The position numbers and the translations under genes were made by a program. Under the pieces are notes generated by a model. That model saw only the letters and a list, made by a program, of their open reading frames with translations, searched no databases and was not told the DNA's origin. This document shows positions 48,489 to 58,600 of a DNA stretch of 64,000 bases, one piece after another (positions within the stretch are counted from its first letter, which is position 1; the number at the start of each line of letters is the position of its first letter). The DNA is from Raillietiella orientalis (lineage: Eukaryota). Location: contig JAYWIR010000116.1 in assembly GCA_036172245.1 (NCBI GenBank), positions 1 through 64,000 on the forward strand, in the 5' to 3' direction.

Positions 48489-50858
48489 GATGAAGCGGAT
48501 GAAAGCACGGAGACGAGAGCGAAGAAAAACACGTCCGCACTCGATTGAAATCTCCCGCTATAACGTGAGCCTTCCGCACGCTCGTGTTCGCCAGCCAGTC
48601 GCGCTTCAGGGATTCAAGCAGCCTGGTACGGTTGCTGTATCCCTTTTGACCGGTTGGGGCGTACACATTCGTGACGATCAGATCGATCGAGTCCGACCAG
48701 CCGAGAGTCAGCTGACCGACCCGACCGTCGTCATCGAAGCGCACGCCCTTCACGGCAGCGTCGATGGCCGGCTTCACGAAGAACGCGACCCCGCAGGTGT
48801 TGCGGATGCCGCATTGCCAGTACAGCCGACCCCCCGCGATCGTCTCGATCTCCTGGACGTCTGCCGCGGTGATAACGTGGATCTCCTGCAACAGGGCCAG
48901 GTCGAACTCCCGCAGGGTGTCGGCTGTATCTCGCCTGTTACCGTCGTCGCGCAGCCCGTTGACATTCCAACAGGCCGCGCGAATCCGACGGCGACTGGCG
49001 AGCCCAGGTGTTACTCCTGGGAAGATGGCAGTGCGGCGTCCGCCACCTGCTGGGGCGGGACGCTAGGTGGAGGAGGGGGGTCAGGTGCTGAAGGCACCTG
49101 GTCCCCCTCCTCCATCGGTGCCGGCGCGTCGGCCGGATCACCCGCAGGTGGAGTCGCGCCTACCTGTTCGCCCTCCTCCATGGAGGCGGGCTGTTCAGGG
49201 TCGGAACCTGCAGGGGAGACTTCACCCCCCTGTTCACCCTCCTCCATGGGGGTGGCCGCATCGACGACTTCCGAGCGTGGGAATTCCTCCTCCGAATTTC
49301 CCACGCTGGCGACGGCTTCCGTCTTCTCCTCCTCGCTGGTGGAGGGGAGGCGCCTCCTGGGCTTCTGGGACTTGCGTCCCGACTTCCTGGGGGGTGCCTA
49401 CGAGGAGGAGGATGTGCTTCCGGCCCCCAGGTCTAACTCACCTGTGGGGGCCTTCTTCGCCGGAGCCGGCCTTCGCACGGCCTTGCGCGAGGGGTTCTCA
49501 CGCTCGGCCAGCGTGACCGCGAGCTCCTCCGCCGCCTGCGCGTCCGCGGCGTCCGCGGCTTCGACCGCCGCTATGTCGCGCGGCTCACCCTCTGTATAAA
49601 CAGAGGGTTCGCAGTCGCGAGCCTCGGGCGCAGCGGAAACGGCAAGGGGAGGATCGACGCTCCGGGTGGCAATCTCGGGAACGACGATTCGTTCGAGTGC
49701 CACCGTGCACTCGCGCAGAGTTTTCGAGCGCGGACCGGGTTTTTTCGGCTTTCCGGCCGTCTTGCGCTCTTTGCTCTCCGCGGGTGGGAGTTTCCTCGGC
49801 TTTCTGGCCTCTACAAGCTTCCATCCCTCTTCGCCTTCCACCGTTTCAGATGGTTTATCCTCCGGCTTACGCTCCGGAGGTTGAGGTGTTGGCAGCTTGT
49901 GCTGGCCCTTTTCTACTTTCGGTCTAGTGACCTTTGAAGCACGTTTTCCCTGCGCTTTTTTCGCGGCAGGGGGAACCGTGGTGGGGCGTTTGGGACACAC
50001 GCGCCGAACTTGGCCCCGCTCCCCGCACAAATGGCATTGTATATTGGGACACCTTTTACGTAGGTGTCCCACGGTATCACAATGCCCTTAATACCGGGGC
50101 TTCCCTACATACCACAGGTCGACGTTTTCCTGCGCCACCTGTAGTTTGTGGGGAAGCCCACAATTCTCCTGTACGGTGACCCGCGCTGCAGCCTGCCCAC
50201 CAAAAAGGCTATCGAAGCCGTCGAAAATAGAGGGTTTCGGCCACAGTGCGTGCACCTCACCGTCCTTTCTTAATTCCTCACCAACCGCTGACTGCGTCAT
50301 GCGGCTGGTGATGCCAGTCATGTGGACCACCACGGAGCGGTCCATTGATACTGGCAGGATCTTTCGGCCGTCTACGTTCAGCGGCGCATGGATTAGGCGG
50401 TGAGCCAAGGTGACATCTTTGCAGACCACCTCGACCCGCTGCCCGCCGCTGAGGACGGAGAGGCCGTCCAGATCCTTCTCAGTAACGTTCGCGTCCTTCA
50501 ACGCTTTGCTGAAGGCGCGCGCTGTCCGGCCGTCGAACAAGTTGCCTACCTGGTAGACAAGCGATGGCTTGTACCCGGAGGCCTTGTATGCGGCCATCTC
50601 CGCTATGGCTTCTGCGCTGGGCGCGGCCACCATGGCGCTCCATGTCCTCGGCGTGGCCGGGGATGATTCCGGGGCGGCTGCCCCTGCTCCAGTAGGCTGT
50701 GGGGGCGAACTAGCCTCCCCCACTCCCACCTCCATCGCGGTGTCCTCTGGCGTCGTGGCCATTGGACACCGACGATGTACACAAAACACCACACAGAAGA
50801 AAAAGCGCTTTCCTACTACTCTTTGGGGAGTGAAGGAAAAACGCGTCCTCCAACTGGC

Positions 50859-52252
50859 CGCGGAGGGGTCTGGCTGCAACGATGCAGCCAGCTCCTCCGC
50901 CGCACGTTCGAAGGCGGCGTCATCGATCACGGAATCGATGACGGACGCTTCCGCCGGTTCACTCCCCACGCTGTTGACATATTCAACAGTGGGTTGCTCG
51001 TCGGTAGCAGCGATTTCTACAATGCGACGTTCGGCGGGGACGCGTTACACGACGACGCTGCATTCTTCTAAATTCCCGCTAACCTGCTGTTTTTTATTTT
51101 GGTAGGGGAGCTTTTTTCGATTCGTCGTTCTTTCTTCGACCTTTTTTTCTTTTTCGCTGTGACTTCTTGCCATTCCATCACCTACCCGCTTTTGTCAATC
51201 TTTTCGGCATTCGTTGTCGGGGTGTCGGCTCAGGCCTGGATCACGGGATTGGTTGCACAGCTTGAGCGGCATCCTTCGCCGCCAGTTTTTTCTGTAGCAG
51301 CCGCGCGCGTTTTTTTAGGTTCCTCGCGGAAACCACGCGCACAGCGGATTGTAGACACACTTCCTTCGTGTGGCCCATTGTCCCGCATACCAGGCACTGT
51401 ACATTGGGGCACCTCCTTTTGAGGTGTCCCGACGTGTTGCAGAAGCCACAGTATTTGGGCTTCCCCACGTACCAGAGGTCGACGCTTTCTCCGCCGACCA
51501 CCAGTTTGTGGGGAAGGGTAGAGCCCTCTTAAACGGTTACAAGGGCAGCTGTGAGGCCGCACTGAACTGTGGTACAGTCCTCGAAAGGACTAGGCTTGAT
51601 CCATACTGCATGGACCGTGACTTTTTTTTCCAACGCGGCGCGTAACTGTTCTTTCCGCATGCGCGCGGTTACTTCTAAAAGGCGGACCAGCATACTGTGG
51701 TCCGCCGTAACGGGAAGGAGCCTGCGTGTCCCCATTATCACGGGGGTTTTAAGGAGCCGTTGGGCCAGATCTGCATGTTTGCAGATCACCTCTACGTACT
51801 GCCCCCCGCTACGAATGGTCATAGCGCAGAGCTCCTATTCTTTAAAATCGAGAGCGCGCATCCGCTTCGAAAAGGCGCGCGCACTCTCAGCAGATTACAA
51901 CTTTCCTACCTTGTAGAATGGTGATGGGTTATAACCTTCTTCCACATAGGCAGATAATTCCGCCGCGGCTGCAGGCCATGGCGCCGACACGACGGCGCTC
52001 CACGCCCGCGCTTCAGCGGGGACCGGTTTTGTGGAGGCGGACACCCCCACCTCCTTCGCCACTGAAGGCGACGTTGCCGTCGCCCCCTGGCACTCCATTT
52101 CTTCAGAAGGCGACGTTGCCACCGCCCCCTGACACGTACTGGTGGTCGCGTCAGGCATTACTGCCTGATCGACCACCAACACACACGAAGCCTACACCTA
52201 GGAACGGTTCCCGGCACGAGGAACACCGTGGAAACACGTCCGCTCTAGCCAA
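50859..52252 (-). mobile_element. Diverged A-family copy A3: 5' UTR and ORF1 up to LQPDPS (host of B2)
   Basis: MPDATTSTCQG at 52158; knuckles CGFCNTSGHLKRRC and CLVCGTMGHTKEVC. Confidence 0.9.
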
Positions 52253-52277
52253 CGTAAATCTTTCGACTGCGCTCGAC
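52253..52277 (+). other. About 25-bp remnant of an RT KAFD target site
   Basis: CGTAAATCTTTCGACTGCGCTCGAC versus F1 CGTAAAGCGTTCGATTGCGTCGAC (778-801). Confidence 0.7.
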
Positions 52278-52409
52278 AACTTAATCAGGTAATTGTGCTC
52301 GTGTGTGCCCGGAGAGGGGAAGTATTTCGGACGAAACTACAAAAGAAGCGGCGAGGAGATCGCGGCAAAAGACCTGCAGTGGTCCCGTGCAGCAAGACCA
52401 GATGCCAGG

Positions 52410-54189
52410 ATGCAGGCACCTAGAGTAGGAGCGGAGAGAGCGTCGTCCCCCATGGAAGCCATGGAGGTAACGTGCGGCAACGGCGAGGCGGTGGCAGGCA
52501 TGCCGACGATCGCGCCCGCGGCGGGCTTTGCTGCGCCGGCGGCGGCGATGCCAAGGGTCGTGCCCTCGGCGACGACGTTGAAGGTCGTGCCCGCGGCGGC
52601 GACGCCGAGAATCCTGTAAGCGGCATGGAAGGTCGCACCTGCGGCGGCAATGCCGAGGTTGCCGCCCGCGGCGGCAACGGTGGCGACGTCAAGGGTTGCG
52701 CTCGCGGCGGCGGCGTCCCAGGCAGGACCCGCGGGCGTCCACGTGGTTCAGGGCGAGACGCCATCTTGTTCGGCTGCGGCGGCGCAGCCCTTTTCCTATG
52801 CGTCGGTGGCGGCTGGACAGGCGAGTGTCCACCCACCAAGAAAATTCGGGAAGCCGCTATGCGGTAAAGTCCAAAAGGTGGATCGGCCGATCGTGGAGTT
52901 AGGGCCGAATGTGAAGCTCATCATTTTGAAGACTGGGCTGATCAAATTCAATAATATCATGGAGGTGTATCTGTCCCTTGATAAAACGGATATCAATTTT
53001 GATCGCATAGAGGCGATCATACCGGCAAATAACGGGTTCATAGTCTTCACAGACTGTGAAAATTTTATAGAGCGATTGATCCAGAAGGGGATCAATATGA
53101 AAGGGAGGATGGTTTGTGGTATTGCCGAAATGCCATACACAACCGTTTTTTTGAACGGCATCTCCATCCTCACACCGCAACTAACGGTGTGGAACTTTTT
53201 GGAGCAGTATGGGGAAGTTCTGGACCTTGAATTCCAGAACTTCTCTGGAAATATATTTTCTGGCGACATGATCGCCAAAATGAAGTTGAAAGAGGGAGCT
53301 GTGATCCCTGGATTAGCCGTTCTTGACGAACAATCCCAGGGAATGAACGTGCGTTACCGGCAACCGCCGATATTCTGCACCGGGTGCAAGCAGTTCGGCG
53401 ACAGGGCCGGTGCTTGCCCAACGTGTCGTCGTTTCCGCTGAACAAAGTAGGACATCAAGTCCGAAACTGCCCGCAGCCGGTGGTGTGCTCCTTCTGCAAG
53501 AAACACGGACATGCCAGATGGAGCTGTCCGGACTTTGCAACTGCAGAAGGATTCGAGGTCTCTCTCCCGTGAGAGAGAGAAACACCAAGCAGGCGGAACA
53601 GCATGAGAAGGCAGGAAGGCCGCAGAAGGTGAAAGAAGCCATCCCGGTATTGGAAGACGGCTTCATACAGGTAGGAAAGAAAGGAAAGAGGAGGATGCTC
53701 GTCAAGGAGCAAGAAGCTCCTCTTATACTGGAAGGTGAAGAGCAAGAAGGCGTGAAGATGGAGGTAGTGCAAAAAGGCGCGGAAAAAGAAATAGCTGAAG
53801 CCACTCCGGTGTCGCAGGAGGCTCTGCAATCTACGGAGGAGTTGGCATCACTGGCTAATGTAGTCCTAGAGGTGCAGAGCGGTCCCCAGCAAGAGAAAAT
53901 CTTGCAGAAGATCTGCAATGCACAGGAGAAGGTCAACCAGGTTGTGAAGGTCATTCGCGTGCAACAAATATTGCACACGAATAAGAACCGTTGCATTCTT
54001 CGAGAGTTCCTGAAGGATCCCAGTAGAAGCATGTTAGCAGTAAAAAGAACCTTGCGCAGGGTTCAAAGAAAGAACAGACGCCGTAGCGCTGTCATCAATC
54101 AGGGAATAGCTCGGCAACAGCATAGCGGAAAAGTGAAGAGTCGATATCTTCCCTTCCCTTCCCTCATACAGAAAGGACCGGGTGTATAA
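52410..54189 (+). pseudogene. L1 ORF1/gag-like protein (Ala/Pro repeats, RRM-like region, three knuckles, charged tail), disrupted
   Basis: YTTVFLNGI...FLEQYGEV; FCTGCKQFG, NKVGHQVRNC, CSFCKKHGHARWSC; stop at 52617 and frameshifts near 53440-53570. Confidence 0.8.
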
Positions 54190-55018
54190 AACAGAAGCAG
54201 CTCAACGACGCTGAAAGAAAGCCCCGTAACGAAGAAACCTGTTAAACTAAGGAAAGAGACCAACGAAATCAGCCAGCAATTTTGAAAAAAAAGAGTCCCT
54301 CAGTAAAAGATGGATTCACCGTTGCAGCTGTTTGGAGCTTGATACTACAAGAAAGATTCCCTACACCAATGAAGCGGACATCCGCACTACAACCAACACA
54401 CACCGAAGAAGCTCTCATATAATTGATGGGAAGCCGACGGCTTATGGTGGAAGCTGATGGTACTCAGGAGTCGGAAAACTATCAATTCATCTTAATGTCG
54501 CCAAGTTCCAAGAACGACTTGTTTCTTTGGACCTTGCGCACGGGCAGTATCGTAGGCAAGGAAGGCGACTGAGCCGCGATTATTACTAGTAAGATACTTC
54601 TACCTTTGAGAAGAAAAACATGTTCTAGAACTCGTGAAATGAGTTCAGCTTCTAAGAAGTCAAGCAAATTAAAAATGAGTTCTGAGGTAATGACAACGGA
54701 GCAGCTTTTAGCAAACTTTATCGAAAACCAAATTGAATGAAACACAAAACCAAATGTCGGCATAGCAAAATAAAAATAAAAAATGAGACAAGCGAAAATG
54801 AGTGGATTAGAGTTTGTTTCATGGTTACTAGAAAAACGAACAAAAATGCAGCACAACCTAGGAAACCAATTCAAAATTCCAAACTTTAATTATCTGTTTT
54901 AGTCACACTAATAAGCTCCATCTTATAGAAAATTTCATATAGACACTTCCAAAAAGTTAAACAACTAAATATCACATAGCCATAACCTTAGAAATTCTAG
55001 ATTGCAGGGTTGATCGCC

Positions 55019-55405
55019 ATGAACTTAGAACCCTCAGAACTGTCAGGTTATGAAACCTGGACGGTCTTCAAAGAAGCCCGTAAACTGACCGAATGGGTGA
55101 AGAGGACTGAATATGTCTGGGAATTACAGAACGAGCACTTTGGGAATTTTATCAAAACAGCAACCCTATCTGACCGCATTGAAACAATTCCATTCATTAG
55201 TAGATATTTGAAATTTGAACTGTGGAATAATGGAATATACACAATCGGAGATCTGTACCAACTACTCAGAAGAAAAAGTTATAAAGAGAAAAGGTTTGTA
55301 AGCAGAATAATCGCAATCATAGACGATCACCGAACGGAACCCAAGGAAGAACTGAAATTACTTACATTGGCGTTGTACTTCTGGATAATGATGAACAAAA
55401 AATAA
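55019..55405 (+). CDS. 128-aa putative BAF-like helix-hairpin-helix protein, paralog 2
   Basis: Intact ORF from CGCCATG at 55019; about 50/128 identities to 31311-31697 with no gaps (hand count); LYFW matches the BAF C-terminal LREW position. Confidence 0.7.
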   Translation: MNLEPSELSGYETWTVFKEARKLTEWVKRTEYVWELQNEHFGNFIKTATLSDRIETIPFISRYLKFELWNNGIYTIGDLYQLLRRKSYKEKRFVSRIIAIIDDHRTEPKEELKLLTLALYFWIMMNKK

Positions 55406-55473
55406 AACCCCAAAACTGCAAATAATATAAAAAATTTTTTAAATGGTGATTCTAAAATGTGCAAAGATGTACC

Positions 55474-55668
55474 GGTCAAGTTCGTTCAGGTTATGTAAGG
55501 TTGAGTTAAAACAGGTTAAATTAGGTACAGTTAGGTTAAGGTACTTCAGATAAGGGTAGCTTAGGTTGAAGTGGGTTAGGTTTGTCAAAGTTAGGTTAGA
55601 TTAGGTTGGGTTAAGTGAGCTAAGATGAGGTTAAGGTAGAAATTGCTAGGCTAGGTTAGGTTAAGTTT
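55474..55668 (+). repeat. Degenerate (TTAGG)n-like array
   Basis: GTTAGGTTAGATTAGGTTGGGTTAAG...CTAGGTTAGGTTAAG. Confidence 0.88.
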
Positions 55669-55669
55669 C

Positions 55670-58600
55670 GGACACCGGGACCTAACCTTCTTTCGATTCT
55701 TTGTTCTTTCGATCTTTCGATTCCTGCATATTAACTTCCTGGTGTTTGTAGAGACGTGCAAAAACCACGGGATAATCCTAACCAATTTGTTGTCCCAAAT
55801 TTCCTTAATTCTAATTACTATTTTGAGGTGATTGGTGTTCACCAGTGCATGTTTTCGTATCCAAGTGGGGTCCATATTTTCCACTCTCCTTGTTTGACAA
55901 TTCGAGAGTCCTGACGTCAGTCAGGACTCTCCAATTGTTGACCAGCTGCGAGTAGGCTCTGTGCGCCTCATAATGCCACACATCCCATTTGGTGGCAAGC
56001 TCTAAGATTTGTCGCACGTCCAGAAGCTGCACAGAACATTTGAGCGATTTCATCCCGGTCCCGCCTTTGTCTCGCGGTCGGCACAAGGGTTTCAGCCTGA
56101 CCCGTGGCTTAAACTCCCTCCATAGTATCCTCCGTTGCCGTTGTTTTACAAAGAGAACCTTAGTAAGGAGAACTCCTTTCACAGGTTTGCCCTTCGCTTT
56201 CAACAGAAGTCGAGTCTTTCGTATTTTGCAGCTTCTTCTCTTGTTTTCCCCAAGATTCCCTTCCACATTTCCTGCGAAGCCCAGGCATCGCCGATGTGAT
56301 CTCCCAGGTACTTGATGTTATCCACTACTCGGAATCCTGCTTTATCTAAGGCGGTAAGGTCCAGGATTCGGATGGGCAACAGCTGAGATTTCTGAGCGTT
56401 GATCTTCAAGCCCAAACCATCCTCCATAGAATCGACGACACCAAGGAACGCATGCTGATACTTGTCTTCCTTCAAGAAGAAGAGCAGATCATCCGCATAA
56501 GCCAGGTGCGTCAATCTGTACTCGTCAAGGCGTATTCCTCGGATACGGCCGCCATGGTGGACAAGTGGCGAAACCGCTTCCATATAAACTACGAACAGCA
56601 TCGGACTAAGGGCGTCTCCCTGAAGGATTCCCCTTTCCATCCTGATTTCTGCCGTATAATTTCCATTAATTCTTATTATGAAGTACTGCCCTCCGAGATT
56701 CTTCTCCACGTAGTCGGCAAAGTATTCTGCGTAGCCCATTTTCCTCAGAATCTACATCAGCATTCCATGGTCCACGGTATCAAACGCCTTCTCCATATCC
56801 GTGCCGACCAGCACCAGGTTGTCACCTATGTCGCGACTGTAATCTAACGTTGCTTGGACTCACTTCACGTTGTCAGACATGCTGCGTCCGGGCTCCGCGC
56901 ACTTCTGCATTGGAGAAATGACAGATGGCATCGTCTTGCTTAGACGGATAGTCCAGATCTTGGCTTACTATTTGGCGTCCGTGTTCATGATGGAAGTGGG
57001 CCGCCATTGGATGACCTGAGTCAGGTCTCCTGCCTTAGGCATCAGGCTCATGCGACTCTCGTCGAACGACTCGGGAAGCCTTCCTTGTTCTTGGATTCGA
57101 AGTGTGAGCTCGTGGAACAACCGCAGGTAGGCGTTTATTTGCCGCTGATAATGCGAGATTGGCGCGCAATCAGGGCCTGCAGCCACGTCCTTACGGAGTC
57201 CTGCGAATGCCTGTTGCACTTTATCCATGAAGATTCCCTCTTCTAGGCTATCGTGCTGTTGCTGAGTGATTCGTTTCTGCAAGAATCGAAGAAAATCGTT
57301 CAGCTCGCATATTGACAATTCACGCCGTCGAAAGTGGGAGGTGTTTTGTTGATGAAAGTCCTCTGCGATTTCTTCTGGCGTGTGTTGGAACTGATCTTTC
57401 AGTTGGATGCAAAAGATATCCGTTGAAAGATTTCTCTTCTCCTGCACGCCTATTTTCCCTTTTACGTTGCGGCACACGTACCGGCTCTCGTACTGGTTCC
57501 AATATTTGGAAAGCGAGCGATCTTGGATGTTTTGCTCTCGGTAGGCTTCCTTCCTTATCTTCCTGTATTTGAATTGCGCGTTGCAGAACACGTGAATGGT
57601 GTGCTTTAACCTGTCCTAGTCCTCAACTTTTCGGATTGTTGTGTCGCGCAGGAACGCCTAGAAGAAGTATGGTGACAGGGAAGGGTTTTAAACCAGAAAG
57701 GCATACACATGAGTGCAGCCCTTGTGCCTACTTGATTCCGGGCGTTCTCCGTTCGCAACGTGAACCACAGCAACGGATGACCCGAGAGCAGAATCTGGGT
57801 GTCTCGGAATCTTTGCACGCGGTTCTCGATTTCTTGAATAAAAATTACGTGGTCTATATTTTTGTGTCTGGCCGTTAGCCAAAGCAGTCCAAACTCGTCG
57901 GAGAGCTTCCGATGCCCCACTTTTCCTCCGGTATCCCTAAACTGTGTGTTGATGCCCGGTATATTGAGATCGCACACGATAACGACGATGTCTTTTGGTG
58001 CGACCTGGCTGAGCAGAAGATCCCTCACAGCGTCTGCACATCAATGCTTTTCCAAGTGGGGTCCGTAAAAGTTGACCAGAAAAAGGTGAACCGCGCAGAA
58101 CCAGGACATCGGAACTTCAACGATGCGTCTAGATCACCGAGAAAAGGAGTTAAGAACGGTGCGCGAGATTCTATTCTTGATGAGGATCGATACGTCGTTG
58201 GTCTGTCTCTCTCCTCGACACAAGTACAATGTAGCATTTAGTCGCAGTTCGACTTCGCGGCAGATCTTGTCGTCTGTTTTGTGGGTCTCCTGCAGGTGGA
58301 TATTCTCCTCGCGCTCTATTTTACGCTCGATCGTCCTTTTTTTCCCTGGTCGCGCATCCCATCCACGTTCCAGGAGGCAATCTTGACACTCCTAGAGGAC
58401 GACCGGAAGTAAATCTTGCGATACACTTTTTAGTTCTAAATATTCTAGTATTGTTCTGCTTTGGAAATGCCGTGGGCTTCTTTCAAGTAGAAGGCTCCTC
58501 TCCCGTTTCGCTTCCAGACTCCTCGAGATCCGTGATGTCTTTTGCTGTGGTCTCTTTTCTCATAACTACTCCGCGGCCTGCACGCTTTGTCGGCCTACGA

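Larger units (their letters stand above)
42656..48542 (-). mobile_element. Element E, full length (about 5.89 kb), same orientation as host B2, perfect 9-bp TSD; least decayed copy
   Basis: GATTGAAAT at 42647-42655 and 48543-48551; 5' GGACGTGTTTTT; 3' AATAAA-hairpin. Confidence 0.95.
41455..50858 (-). mobile_element. Element B2: 5' UTR, ORF1 (50762-49011) and ORF2 split by E at GDFN, truncated before KAFD
   Basis: APE reads AHVIAGDFN (to 48543) and resumes FNLRLLTGEP (from 42655); 387-aa open stretch 41499-42662. Confidence 0.92.
52278..55668 (+). mobile_element. Pol-less BAF-like unit, copy 2: gag-like ORF, BAF-like ORF and TTAGG-like tract
   Basis: Gag-like region homologous to ORF1 of element J; no APE or RT motif seen between gag and the tract. 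Confidence 0.72.

Noticed and set aside
48325..49599. Long antisense ORFs (424 aa here, 322 aa at 46692-47660, and many others) as genes
   Set aside because: They are shadows of GC-rich retroelement ORFs on the opposite strand, some cross insertion junctions, and they have no recognisable motifs.
55474..55700. TTAGG tract as telomerase healing of the truncated element on its right
   Set aside because: Wrong polarity: the G-rich strand extends the BAF-like unit on the left, not the broken minus-strand element.
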